64,000 bases of DNA from an uncultured Alphaproteobacteria bacterium. GTDB lineage: Bacteria; Pseudomonadota; Alphaproteobacteria; RF32; CAG-239. Location: the NCBI GenBank assembly GCA_944391395.1, contig CALXTI010000002.1:108163-172162 (forward strand), read 5' to 3'. Within the stretch, counting starts at the first letter, position 1; the number at the start of each line of letters is the position of its first letter. The notes under the pieces are model-generated. The model did no database searches and had not been told where the DNA came from. It saw nothing but the letters and a program-made list of their open reading frames with translations. Shown here piece by piece: positions 20,611 to 29,804 of the stretch. Made by a program: the position numbers and the translations under genes.

Positions 20611-21531
20611 TTATTTATTGATTCCCATTTTTTTTACTTCCCATTCCAACGTAATGGAGGTATTTTGTTTGACTTTTTCCACAATCATGTCGCCCAAGGC
20701 TTCAATATCGGCGGCGGTGGCTTTCCCGGTGTTGATTAAGAAATTACAATGTTTTTCCGATACTTTGGCGCCGCCGACACGCAAATCGGCGCAGCCGGAT
20801 TTTTTGATGAGTTCCCAGGCTTTCAGACCCTCAGGATTTTTGAAAGTCGAACCGGCGGTCTTTTCATTATACGGTTGATTTTTTATGCGATATTCTTTTT
20901 GTTCTTCCAAGATTTTATTGATGTCGGCACGCGTGCTTTTTTCGGTTCGGAGCGTAATGGATATAATAATCCAATCATCGGGAAAAAAGCTGTTACGGTA
21001 AGACAACTGCAAGTCTTCGGGCAAAATTTCTTTGATTTCGCCGATTCCGTTGACAATCGTGGCGCCCAACAACACGTCTTTAATGCATTTGCCGAAGCAG
21101 CCGGCGTTGGTTTTGATTGAGCCGCCGATGCAGCCGGGAATGGAGCATAAAAATTCCAGCCCGCCGAGTTCTTTGGTCAAAAGTGTCTTTTTTAAATCTA
21201 TGTTTTTTAATCCGGCATAACAGGTAACGGAGTTTTGATTGATTTTGATTTGCCGAAAGTATGGGCTGTCGAGCTTGATGACAACGCCGGGAATTCCGCC
21301 GTCGCGAACCAGAAGGTTTGAGCCTCCGCCGATAAGACAAATCGGGACATTATAGGGTCTTTGCAGCAAAAAATGACTCAGGTCGTCCAAATCTTCCGGA
21401 ACAAACATCACCTCAGCCGGACCGCCGACGCCAAACCACGTGTGTTTGCTTAAGGGTACGTTTTTGAAATATTTTCCGCGTACTTTGGGTAAAATGTCAA
21501 TCAGGGTATTTTTAAATAAATTTTCAAACAT
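20611..21531 (-). CDS. murB: UDP-N-acetylenolpyruvoylglucosamine reductase
   Basis: 306 aa; HTWFGVGGPAEV, LIGGGSNLLVRDGG, GLEFLCSIPGCIGGSIKTNAGCFG, GSTFKNP, GGAKVSEKHCNFLIN. Confidence 0.95.
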   Translation of the reverse strand: MFENLFKNTLIDILPKVRGKYFKNVPLSKHTWFGVGGPAEVMFVPEDLDDLSHFLLQRPYNVPICLIGGGSNLLVRDGGIPGVVIKLDSPYFRQIKINQNSVTCYAGLKNIDLKKTLLTKELGGLEFLCSIPGCIGGSIKTNAGCFGKCIKDVLLGATIVNGIGEIKEILPEDLQLSYRNSFFPDDWIIISITLRTEKSTRADINKILEEQKEYRIKNQPYNEKTAGSTFKNPEGLKAWELIKKSGCADLRVGGAKVSEKHCNFLINTGKATAADIEALGDMIVEKVKQNTSITLEWEVKKMGINK

Positions 21532-21548
21532 TGCTAAACCTTTCTTTG

Positions 21549-22682
21549 TTAAAAAGGATCGTCTTTGTCTTCCGCCGAGGAATTTTTTCGGGTTATCGCC
21601 AACAACATTCCTATGGTAACCGCCGAGGCAAATAAAGACGAACCGCCGTAAGATATGAAGGGCAGGGTCATGCCTTTGGTCGGCATCAAGTGCAAGGTGG
21701 AAGCCATGTTTATGATGCCCTGTAATCCGAAAGAGGCCGCCAACCCGGCGGAGGCGTATACAATGAACAGATTATTGTCTTTGAGTGACAGCCACAGAGA
21801 ACGAATGACAATAACCCCAAACAACATAACCAACATTATGCAAAGCCAGATGCCGAATTCTTCGCCGGCAACGGCAAAAATAAAATCCGTATGTGCGTCC
21901 GGCAGATTTAATTTTACGATGCCTTCGCCGGGGCCTCGTCCCAAAAGATTGCCGCTTTCAAAGGCTTCCAAAGATTTGCGAACCTGGTAGCCGAGATTGT
22001 CGCCGGAGGCTAAAAATTGTTGAACACGATCATGGACGTGGTCGAACGTAAAATAAGCGCCGACGGCGCCGGCAACGGCTATTAGTCCGAGCACGGCAAC
22101 TAATACAATCGGCAAACCGGCAAGGAACAACTGAAAGCCCCAAATGAGAGATACGACAATCGTCATGCCGACATCCGGTTGTAAAAGCAACATGCCTGCG
22201 GTTAGGGCAAACAATCCGGCAGAGAGCATTCCGCCCGGAAAGTCTTCAAATTTTTTACTGCCGTCCAAAAGCCATGCCGAGACAACGACAAACGTCGGTT
22301 TGATAAATTCTGACGGTTGCAAAGAAAAACCGAACAAACGTATCCAGCGCGAGGCGCCTTTGGTTTCATAGCCGGCAAAAAGCGTCATCAACATCAAAAG
22401 AAGCGTTAAAACGTATCCGATGATGGCAATCCGGCGTATGGTCTTTAAGCGTTGGATTGAGAGGAAAAAAATGATAAAGAGAGAAACAAATATGAACAGC
22501 AGCTGCCGTTTGATAAAGTGATAATCGTCAAAGCCTATGCGTCTGGCAACCGACGGACTGGCCGAAAAAACCAGAAATGCGCCGATGAAAATCAAAACAA
22601 GAGTCAAACTCAGCGTAACCTTATCGACGGTCCACCACCAGTTTGCCATGCGGCTTCGGCTTATTCTGGAAAAAGCAAACAA
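21549..22682 (-). CDS. ftsW: SEDS-family peptidoglycan glycosyltransferase FtsW
   Basis: 377 aa, ~10 TM; GASRWI..FSLQPSEF.KP, PDAHTDFIFAVAGEEFG, LMPTKGMTLPFISYGGSS. Confidence 0.9.
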   Translation of the reverse strand: MFAFSRISRSRMANWWWTVDKVTLSLTLVLIFIGAFLVFSASPSVARRIGFDDYHFIKRQLLFIFVSLFIIFFLSIQRLKTIRRIAIIGYVLTLLLMLMTLFAGYETKGASRWIRLFGFSLQPSEFIKPTFVVVSAWLLDGSKKFEDFPGGMLSAGLFALTAGMLLLQPDVGMTIVVSLIWGFQLFLAGLPIVLVAVLGLIAVAGAVGAYFTFDHVHDRVQQFLASGDNLGYQVRKSLEAFESGNLLGRGPGEGIVKLNLPDAHTDFIFAVAGEEFGIWLCIMLVMLFGVIVIRSLWLSLKDNNLFIVYASAGLAASFGLQGIINMASTLHLMPTKGMTLPFISYGGSSLFASAVTIGMLLAITRKNSSAEDKDDPF

Positions 22683-22694
22683 TTTTTTCTCCTA

Positions 22695-23741
22695 TTACAA
22701 CAATGCGACCAAGGCGACCAAGGTTAAGACGAATCCCGCCATCCAAAAACGAAAAACAACCGTTGTTTCTTTCCAGCCCAGTTGTTCAAAATGATGATGA
22801 ATCGGAGCCATCTTGAAAAAACGCCTGCCTGTTTTTTTATACCAGAAGACTTGTATCATGACGGAAAGTGTTTCAATCACGAACATTCCACCCGCAACGG
22901 CAAGCAGAATTTCTTGCTTGGCGATGACGGCAACGGTCCCCAACAAGGCACCCAACGCCAGAGAGCCGGTATCGCCCATGAATACTTTGGCTTTTGGCGC
23001 ATTGAACCATAAAAATCCCAAACAAGCGCCGGTCATGGCCGCGCAAACAACCGTCATTTCGCCGCAGCGCGGAATATAGACAAAGGAAAAATCCTCAGCC
23101 AAAGGCGAACCGACAATGTAAGTGATAACGGCAAAAAAGGAAAACGCCATAATTAAAAGACCTGCGGCCAAGCCGTCTAAACCGTCGCTTAAATTTACGC
23201 CGTTTGAGGCTCCGGAAATAACAATGACGGCAAACGGGATATACAGCCAAGAAAGGTTGAAAACCGTTTTGAAATAAGGAATGGACAGAATCGTATCCGC
23301 AGCATTGGGCGTGGCGGCGGTGATAATGGTTACGGCGGCAACCGCAGTCATAAACTGGATAAACAATTTGGCTTTTGCAGTCAGGGCATTCGGTGTTTCT
23401 TTGGTGACTTTGATGTAGTCGTCGATAAAACCGGCCGCTCCATATACCAACAAGACCAGCAAACTTACCCAGACAAAGTGATAAGAAACGTTGGCAAATA
23501 AAACAACGGAAACCGACGCGGCGCCCAAAATCAGCAATCCGCCCATGGTCGGTGTTCCTTGTTTGGTGGCCAGATGGCTTTGCGGACCGTCGGCGCGTAT
23601 CGGCTGGCCGTGATGTTGACGACGGTGCAGTAGGGATATGACGCTGCCGCCAAACAAGAGAGATAACAGCAGAGCCGTCAAAAGTGCAGCACCGGCGCGA
23701 ATGAGAACAGGAATTTCCATACCTTGCCAAAATAAAATCAT
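22695..23741 (-). CDS. mraY: Phospho-N-acetylmuramoyl-pentapeptide transferase
   Basis: 348 aa; KQGTPTMGG, GFIDDY, NGVNLSDGLDGLA, FMGDTGSLALG, APIHHHFE. Confidence 0.95.
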   Translation of the reverse strand: MILFWQGMEIPVLIRAGAALLTALLLSLLFGGSVISLLHRRQHHGQPIRADGPQSHLATKQGTPTMGGLLILGAASVSVVLFANVSYHFVWVSLLVLLVYGAAGFIDDYIKVTKETPNALTAKAKLFIQFMTAVAAVTIITAATPNAADTILSIPYFKTVFNLSWLYIPFAVIVISGASNGVNLSDGLDGLAAGLLIMAFSFFAVITYIVGSPLAEDFSFVYIPRCGEMTVVCAAMTGACLGFLWFNAPKAKVFMGDTGSLALGALLGTVAVIAKQEILLAVAGGMFVIETLSVMIQVFWYKKTGRRFFKMAPIHHHFEQLGWKETTVVFRFWMAGFVLTLVALVALL

Positions 23742-23918
23742 TGTTGTTTTCCTTCTTGATTAAATATTAAAAACAAGCATAACCGTAAATATTAAAATAA
23801 GTCTTAATGGTAAAATGTTTTCTTTCGGTTTTAAAAGGCTTGTATATAACTTTAAAAGCGTTTGAATTTTTGCATCCGACTGTTATGCTGAAAACAGATA
23901 AGTTGAGGAGTGTATAAA

Positions 23919-24497
23919 ATGACCATTGTGGCCGTGTGGTGCCGTCATAAAGACGACAATGTCATCGGTATCGGGGCGAATATTCCGTGGCGGGTGTCTT
24001 CCGATTTTAAGCGCTTTCGTCGTTTGACCGAAGGACAAAATTTGGTTGCGGGGGAAAAAACTTATGAAAGCTTTCCCAACCGGACGTTACCGAACCGCAA
24101 AATTTATGTTTTAAGTTTTAATCCGGATTATGAGGTGAGTGATGCGCAAAATCATTTTGTCGTCACTGATGTCAAGGAATTTCAGGATTTCGAAGGCGCG
24201 CTTTATTTAGCGGGGGGCGCCAGCGTTTATAAGACATTTATGACCGCAGTCCCGAATCTTTTGCCGGACATCGTGGTGGACAGCGTTTATCAAGGCGAAC
24301 TCAATCCGGAACTTCAGGGCGAAAAAATCGATATAACGTCTTGTGTGGAAACACTGCATAAAAAATATCAAAAAATTTCAAATGATTATGAAGAAGACGG
24401 CGTTGTTACCTCGGTTTGGCTCAAAAAAGGCGATTTCGTGGATTGCTCGGTGATTAAACATATTTTTAATGCGATTGAAAACAAAGGGGAAAAATAA
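23919..24497 (+). CDS. folA: Dihydrofolate reductase
   Basis: GAGGAG-N8-ATG at 23919; IVAVW...[40 protein letters not shown]...[10 protein letters not shown]. The stop overlaps the thyA start (TAATG). Confidence 0.85.
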   Translation: MTIVAVWCRHKDDNVIGIGANIPWRVSSDFKRFRRLTEGQNLVAGEKTYESFPNRTLPNRKIYVLSFNPDYEVSDAQNHFVVTDVKEFQDFEGALYLAGGASVYKTFMTAVPNLLPDIVVDSVYQGELNPELQGEKIDITSCVETLHKKYQKISNDYEEDGVVTSVWLKKGDFVDCSVIKHIFNAIENKGEK

Positions 24498-25282
24498 TGC
24501 AACAGTATCTTGATTTGCTCCGCGACATAATGGAAAACGGCGTGGATAAAATGGATCGCACCGGTGTGGGGACGCGTTCGGTTTTCGGTCGGCAGATGCG
24601 CTTTGATTTAAATGCCGGTTTTCCGCTCTTGACCACGAAAAAAGTTCACTTAAAAAGCATTATTTATGAACTTTTGTGGTTTATCAAAGGCGATACCAAT
24701 GTTAAATATCTGCAAGACAACGGAGTGCGCATCTGGAATGAATGGGCCGACGAAAACGGTGATTTGGGTCCGGTTTACGGTTCGCAATGGCGTAATTGGA
24801 ACGGCGAGGGGATTGACCAGCTTGCCAATGTGATTGAAACTTTGAAAAAAAATCCCAATGACCGACGGATGATTGTCTCGGCGTGGAATGTCGGCAAAAT
24901 CAAAGATATGAAACTGCCGCCCTGCCACATGATGTTTCAATTTTATGTGGCAAACGAAAAGCTTTCATGCATGCTTTATCAACGCTCTTGTGATATGTTT
25001 TTGGGCGTGCCGTTCAATATTGCTTCCTATGCTTTGTTGACGATGATGATTGCGCAGGTTTGCGGTTTAAAGCTCGGCGAGTTTGTACATACGCTGGGCG
25101 ACACGCATATTTATCACAATCATTTTGAGCAGGTAAAGGAACAGTTGAGCCGGACACCTTTGAAACTTCCTACCATGAAACTTAATCCGGAAATCAAAGA
25201 TATTAATGATTTTAAATATGAAGATTTTGAATTGCTGGGTTATGAAAGTTACGGAGTCTTAAAGGGTAAGGTCGCCGTGTAA
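24497..25282 (+). CDS. thyA: Thymidylate synthase
   Basis: 261 aa; [64 protein letters not shown]. Confidence 0.97.
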   Translation: MQQYLDLLRDIMENGVDKMDRTGVGTRSVFGRQMRFDLNAGFPLLTTKKVHLKSIIYELLWFIKGDTNVKYLQDNGVRIWNEWADENGDLGPVYGSQWRNWNGEGIDQLANVIETLKKNPNDRRMIVSAWNVGKIKDMKLPPCHMMFQFYVANEKLSCMLYQRSCDMFLGVPFNIASYALLTMMIAQVCGLKLGEFVHTLGDTHIYHNHFEQVKEQLSRTPLKLPTMKLNPEIKDINDFKYEDFELLGYESYGVLKGKVAV

Positions 25283-25408
25283 ACATAAAAACGGAATTTG
25301 GCGCGTTAATGGCGACAAATCATATTGCACGACAAAAAAGTTTTTTCATAAAACAAAACCGTATCAATCATAAGACAAACTGTTGAATACGATGCAAAAG
25401 ACCGTGTT

Positions 25409-25465
25409 GCAACTTCAAGCGCGACTTCCCGTAGTTAACAAAACACCCGTCCAAAAGGACGGGTG
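25409..25465 (-). repeat. 57-nt direct repeat, distal copy (terminator hairpin + 35-nt tail)
   Basis: Identical to 25660-25716 except 2 mismatches (25430, 25432); offset 251 nt. Confidence 0.9.
25444..25465 (-). terminator. Rho-independent terminator (distal copy)
   Basis: On the minus strand: cacccgtcc-tttt-ggacgggtg followed by TTTTGTT. Confidence 0.7.
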
Positions 25466-25659
25466 GTATTAAAGACGGGGCTCGTCTTGCTGCGATAAGT
25501 GTTGCGTTTAAGCGCAACACTAACTTCGCTGCGGTCAGAGAACTTGCAACCGATTGTTTTGCACGCTGTCGCGGCTTCACAAGCGGGCAAGTTCTATTCA
25601 AAGACTTAAAAAACCTGACGTCGGTCAGCTTTTTTAACTCTTTGCCCGCGACCGGGGTC
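25466..25659 (-). ncRNA. Candidate structured non-coding RNA between the two repeat copies (class unknown)
   Basis: Dense local hairpins: gtgttgcg/cgcaacac, aagacg/cgtctt, gcgac/gtcgc, ctgac/gtcag with A/T runs. Longer-range complementarities: agaacttgc/gcaagttct, and gcgggcaaag against cttgcccgc with one bulged A. The segment ends at a terminator. No promoter identified. Confidence 0.3.
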
Positions 25660-25716
25660 GCAACTTCAAGCGCGACTTCCTGCAGTTAACAAAACACCCG
25701 TCCAAAAGGACGGGTG
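25660..25716 (-). repeat. 57-nt direct repeat, tRNA-proximal copy
   Basis: See 25409-25465. In this copy the hairpin extends to 19 bp (25685-25726) and abuts the tRNA-Asp 3' end. Confidence 0.9.
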
Positions 25717-25726
25717 TTTTGTTAAC
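25685..25726 (-). terminator. tRNA-Asp terminator (19-bp perfect hairpin)
   Basis: gttaacaaaacacccgtcc-aaaa-ggacgggtgttttgttaac, immediately 3' of the tRNA CCA. Confidence 0.8.
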
Positions 25727-25803
25727 TGGCGGGAGCGACGGGGCTCGAACCCGCGACCCCATGCGTGACAGGCATGTATTCTAACCAACTGAACTACGCC
25801 CCC
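25727..25803 (-). tRNA. tRNA-Asp (anticodon GUC)
   Basis: rc reads GGGGGCGTAGTTCAGTTGGTTAGAATACATGCCTGTCACGCATGGGGTCGCGGGTTCGAGCCCCGTCGCTCCCGCCA. Cloverleaf folds with anticodon loop CTGTCAC, T-loop GGTTCGA and an encoded CCA. Confidence 0.95.
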
Positions 25804-25985
25804 AGCAATTTGATGAACATCTTATACATAACAATATTGTTAAATGCAAGCATTTTTTTTAGTGCAAAGTAACTTTTTGTAAACACTTATAAAATAACAA
25901 TACTATTGTATAACTGCATTATCTGCTTGAATTTTTTTTGCGGGCATTGCAATCTATGCTGGATTGTAAATAATGGGATGTTTTC

Positions 25986-27494
25986 ATGATGGAATTTAAT
26001 AAAGTTAAAACTCAGAGCCGGCGTATCAGACGTCAACGCGCATGGTTGCTTTTTTATGCTTTGGCCGTAACCGGCGCTTTGATTGTTTCACTGCGCAACA
26101 ATAATGATGTTGAGGCATCAACGCCGAAAAATATGGAACTTTCGACGATGGCTCCGGAAGAATTCCCGGAATACACACCTCTTGCGGCAGATGAAAATAT
26201 GGCTGTTTACGATGCCGACGGCGAATCTTCCATTGCAGCAAATGTTGATTGGGACGGTGTTGAAGATTCGGAAATGTTGAAAACTTCGGCGGTGGAAGAA
26301 AATTCCGTTAATGAAGATGTTTTTACGGTGGAAAAAGGTGACAGTTTTATCGGTATTTTAACCGGTATGGGGCTTGATTATTCTCAAGCATACAATATCT
26401 ATACGACTTTCAGAGATGTTTTTGATGCCCGCAATATTAAAGTGGGGCAGGAGCTTTATATCGAATCCGTTACGGATGCCGAAAACGATAAGGTCGTTTC
26501 TGTCGAAAAAATCATGTTGGAACCGGTGATGGGAACCCGTTACATCGTTGAAAAAAATAGTGACGGCGAATATGAAGCACGTACCGAACAAGACGAGTTT
26601 TTAGACGATGTCAAAACAATCAGCGGAGTTATCGACGGCAATCTTTCGACAGCCATGGGTGCCGCCGGCGTTCCGCTTAACGTTATCGGCAACTTTATTG
26701 ATATCTTTTCGTTTAGTGTGGATTTCAGACGCGATATTCATGCCGGTGATAAATTTGAAGTGCGTTATGAACGCCAGTTGGCTCCGGACGGCAGCGTCGT
26801 GAAATCCGGCGATATTGTTTTTGCCGCTTTGACATTGGGAAAAGACAGTTATGAACTTTATCGTTTTGAAGATAAATCGGGTAATGCCGATTACTATGAC
26901 GAAAAAGGACTGGCTTTGAAAAAGAATCTGGATCGCAAACCGATGGAATTTAAGAAAGCACGCATTTCCTCGCGTTTCGGACGGCGTTATCATCCGATTT
27001 TGAAAAGATACCGCGGGCATGACGGCGTGGATTATGCCGCTCCGGCCGGAACCAAAATTTATGCCAGCGGCGACGGTGTTGTTGCCATGGCCAAATGGAA
27101 CGGCGGCTATGGTAAGTATATAAAAATTCGGCATAATGCCGAGTATTCGACCGGATATGCCCATATGCGCGCTTTTGCCAAGGGTATCCGTCCGGGAGTG
27201 CGGGTTAAACAAGGGCAGGTCATCGGTTATGTCGGCAATACTGGACTTTCCACCGGTCCGCATTTGCATTTTGAAGTGATGCGCAACGGGCGCAAGGTTA
27301 ACCCGCTGACGGTTAAGGCGGCAACCGGTGAAAATCTTAAAGGCGCCAAACTGGCAGCGTTTAAAAAAGTTGTTGCCAAAGTCAAGGCCGATGCGTCACA
27401 GGAAAAAGAAATCGCTTCCGTTGATGATGCAAATAAAAACGGTGCCGCGCTTGAGAATTTCGATTCAACCGCGCGAAAACCGCAAAATATATAA
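25986..27494 (+). CDS. M23-family murein endopeptidase (MepM/NlpD-like)
   Basis: 502 aa; N-terminal TM; C-terminal HDGVDYAAPAGTKIYASGDGVV...GYGKYIKIRH...YAHM...GQVIGYVGNTGLSTGPHLHFEV. Confidence 0.9.
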   Translation: MMEFNKVKTQSRRIRRQRAWLLFYALAVTGALIVSLRNNNDVEASTPKNMELSTMAPEEFPEYTPLAADENMAVYDADGESSIAANVDWDGVEDSEMLKTSAVEENSVNEDVFTVEKGDSFIGILTGMGLDYSQAYNIYTTFRDVFDARNIKVGQELYIESVTDAENDKVVSVEKIMLEPVMGTRYIVEKNSDGEYEARTEQDEFLDDVKTISGVIDGNLSTAMGAAGVPLNVIGNFIDIFSFSVDFRRDIHAGDKFEVRYERQLAPDGSVVKSGDIVFAALTLGKDSYELYRFEDKSGNADYYDEKGLALKKNLDRKPMEFKKARISSRFGRRYHPILKRYRGHDGVDYAAPAGTKIYASGDGVVAMAKWNGGYGKYIKIRHNAEYSTGYAHMRAFAKGIRPGVRVKQGQVIGYVGNTGLSTGPHLHFEVMRNGRKVNPLTVKAATGENLKGAKLAAFKKVVAKVKADASQEKEIASVDDANKNGAALENFDSTARKPQNI

Positions 27495-27584
27495 AATATA
27501 TTGCATAAAACGTTATTTTGTTGACAGCCCGCTTTTTGGCGGGTATTTTTTCTTCAGCATAACTTTTTTATAAGGAGACTCAAT

Positions 27585-28124
27585 ATGGAATTAAAAGGTT
27601 CAAAAACCGAACAAAACTTAAAAGATGCGTTCGCCGGCGAATCGCAAGCCCGCAATAAATATACCTATTATGCCTCAAAAGCAAAAAAAGAAGGTTATAA
27701 CATTATTGCCGATAAATTTGAACAAACGGCCAATAATGAAAAAGAACATGCCAAAATCTGGTTTAAGCTTTTGCATGGCGGTGAAGTTCCTTCCACAATC
27801 GAAAACTTGAAAGACGCCGCAGCCGGGGAAAATTATGAATGGACGGAAATGTATGCCCGTATGGCCAAAGAAGCTCATGAAGAGGGTTTTACCAAAATCG
27901 CTTATTTGTTTGAGGCCGTCGGCAAAATCGAAAAAGGACACGAAGAAAGATATCAGGCTTTGTTGGATTCTTTGTGCGAAGGCAAGATTTTTGAGCGTCC
28001 GACCAAAGTTATTTGGGAATGCGCAAACTGCGGTCATCGGGTTGAAAGCCCAAAAGCTCCGGAAAAATGTCCGGTTTGCGATCATCCGCAAGCATATTTC
28101 TTTGAGCTGCAAGAAAAATTCTAA
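27585..28124 (+). CDS. rbr: Rubrerythrin
   Basis: 179 aa; ferritin-like [21 protein letters not shown]...EKEHAKIW...[10 protein letters not shown]..., plus a C-terminal rubredoxin-type CANCG...CPVCDHP. Confidence 0.95.
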   Translation: MELKGSKTEQNLKDAFAGESQARNKYTYYASKAKKEGYNIIADKFEQTANNEKEHAKIWFKLLHGGEVPSTIENLKDAAAGENYEWTEMYARMAKEAHEEGFTKIAYLFEAVGKIEKGHEERYQALLDSLCEGKIFERPTKVIWECANCGHRVESPKAPEKCPVCDHPQAYFFELQEKF

Positions 28125-28140
28125 TTTAAAGCTTGTAATC

Positions 28141-28183
28141 AACAACAAAAAACCGCCGATTTGTTTGGCGGTTTTTTGTTGTT
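28141..28183. terminator. Bidirectional terminator (rbr / pepA)
   Basis: aacaacaaaaaaccgcc-gatttgttt-ggcggttttttgttgtt. Confidence 0.85.
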
Positions 28184-28190
28184 TTGTCTG

Positions 28191-29660
28191 TTATAAATTT
28201 TTCATGACGTCATTGAACAAACGAACGCCGAAACCGCTGGCGCCTTTGGGGGTTAACGGTTTGGGTTTTTCAACTTTGTCCATGCCGGCAATATCCAAAT
28301 GCGCCCATTTGACGTCTTTTTTAATAAAGCGCTGCAAGAAACAGGCGGCGGTAATGGAACCGGCGTTGCGCCCGGCGCTGACGTTTTGCATGTCGGCAAT
28401 GGCAGAATCCATCATTTTATCGTATTCTTTGCTCAACGGCAACTGCCAGACTTTTTCATCAACTGCGGCGCCGGCTTTGCCGATTGTTTCAATAAAAGTC
28501 TGATTGTTGCCCATAATGCCGGCCATTTCGGTGCCGAGCGCCACCATTATTGCGCCGGTGAGCGTGGCAATATCAATCACTTTTTTAACCTCGAATTGTT
28601 GCTGAATATACCACAGACAATCGGCTAACACCAAACGTCCTTCGGCGTCGGTGTTTAATATTTCAACCGTTTGACCGGACATTGAGCGCACAATGTCTCC
28701 CGGGCGGGTGGCCGAGCCTGACGGCATGTTTTCAACCAGGCCGACCACTGCAACCACATTGAGCGGAAGTTTTTGCAAGGCTGCGGTTTTCATGGCGCCG
28801 ACCACGGCCGCAGCACCCGCCATGTCCTGTTTCATATCGGCCATACCTCCGGCCGGTTTTAAAGAGATGCCGCCGCTGTCAAAAGTAACGCCTTTGCCGA
28901 CCAAACCCAAAGCGTAGCCTTTGCTTTCGGGGTTTCCACGCCATTTGATGACAGCGATTCGCGGTGGATTGCAAGACCCTTGTGCAACCGATAATGCCAG
29001 ATTAAATTCTTTTTCTTTCATGGCTTTTTCATCAAGAACATCTATTTCCAAGCCCAAATATTCCAATCGTTTAATGTCTTCGGCCATGATTACGGGCGTC
29101 ATGTTGTTGGATGGCTCGTTGGTCAGGTCGCGGGCGTAGCGCACACCGGCAGCCAGAGCGGAATAGGGAACGTAGCCGTTTTTATCAATCACTTTGCCTT
29201 TGCCGGCAAAAGAAACACTTTCCAGTTTGGGAAATTCTTCAGGTTTGCGTTTGGTCAAATATTTATCAAAGCTGTACGATGAAAGCTCAAAACCAAAAGC
29301 CAGATTATAGGCGATTTCAGCGCTTTTAAACTTGGAACCGGAAGGCTTTTCGGCATATACTACCGCACTCGGATATCTTTTTAAGCAGCCATACAAAATT
29401 CCGCCGGCTTTTTGCAAATCAACCGCTGTCGGTTTGGCCGGCACGCCGATGCAAACCAGTTTGCCGCCAAGCGTCGTAACGGATAAAATTTTGCCGTTCT
29501 TGCCGTCAAAATTTTCTGCCACGGCTGCCGTATTTAACAAGCCGATTTCATCACTTGAAAGAAAACCACCCAAGTATTTCTTGTCAATTCTGCCGTATGC
29601 CAGCACGGCTTTGGCTTCGCCGTGACGCGGTTTTTTGTTGCTGAAAACAATTTCCACCAT
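28191..29660 (-). CDS. pepA: Leucyl aminopeptidase (M17)
   Basis: GKGVTFDSGGISLKP, MKQDMAGAAAV, NTDAEGRLVLAD, ATLTGA. AGGAGTG-N5-ATG at 29660 (MVEIVF) preferred over 29681. Confidence 0.93.
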   Translation of the reverse strand: MVEIVFSNKKPRHGEAKAVLAYGRIDKKYLGGFLSSDEIGLLNTAAVAENFDGKNGKILSVTTLGGKLVCIGVPAKPTAVDLQKAGGILYGCLKRYPSAVVYAEKPSGSKFKSAEIAYNLAFGFELSSYSFDKYLTKRKPEEFPKLESVSFAGKGKVIDKNGYVPYSALAAGVRYARDLTNEPSNNMTPVIMAEDIKRLEYLGLEIDVLDEKAMKEKEFNLALSVAQGSCNPPRIAVIKWRGNPESKGYALGLVGKGVTFDSGGISLKPAGGMADMKQDMAGAAAVVGAMKTAALQKLPLNVVAVVGLVENMPSGSATRPGDIVRSMSGQTVEILNTDAEGRLVLADCLWYIQQQFEVKKVIDIATLTGAIMVALGTEMAGIMGNNQTFIETIGKAGAAVDEKVWQLPLSKEYDKMMDSAIADMQNVSAGRNAGSITAACFLQRFIKKDVKWAHLDIAGMDKVEKPKPLTPKGASGFGVRLFNDVMKNL

Positions 29661-29804
29661 TTTTTCACTCCTGTTAATCATTGTTTTTTACATATAATGC
29701 CGCATAAACAATAATAAAATGCTAATTTTTTTGAAAAATTCATGGACAGCGACGTATTTTTATATTACAATTTGGACAAAAGATAAAAAATTTAAAGGTA
29801 GCAA

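Noticed and set aside
23095-23730. 211-aa alternative-frame ORF within mraY
   Set aside because: It is on the same strand in a shifted frame, is Arg/Cys-rich and has no start context. The mraY frame carries all the family motifs.
25368-25601. 77-aa minus-strand ORF in the tRNA-Asp downstream region
   Set aside because: It has no RBS. It runs straight through several perfect hairpins and one copy of the 57-nt repeat. Its composition (Arg/Leu/Ala-rich) is typical of translated structured RNA or spacer.
25466-25659. Possibility that the structured segment is a (two-piece) tmRNA, SRP RNA, 6S RNA or RNase P RNA
   Set aside because: I found no GGTTCGA-type T-arm, no tag reading frame ending in Ala-Ala-stop in any frame on either strand, no SRP GGAAGCAGC-type motif and no RNase P GAGGAAAGTCC motif. 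The segment is left as unknown-class.
26601-27269. 222-aa ORF antisense to the M23 peptidase gene
   Set aside because: Shadow ORF. The sense frame has unambiguous M23 motifs.
27835-28503. 222-aa plus-strand ORF spanning the rbr 3' end, the terminator and the pepA 3' end
   Set aside because: It crosses a strong bidirectional terminator and overlaps two well-supported genes.
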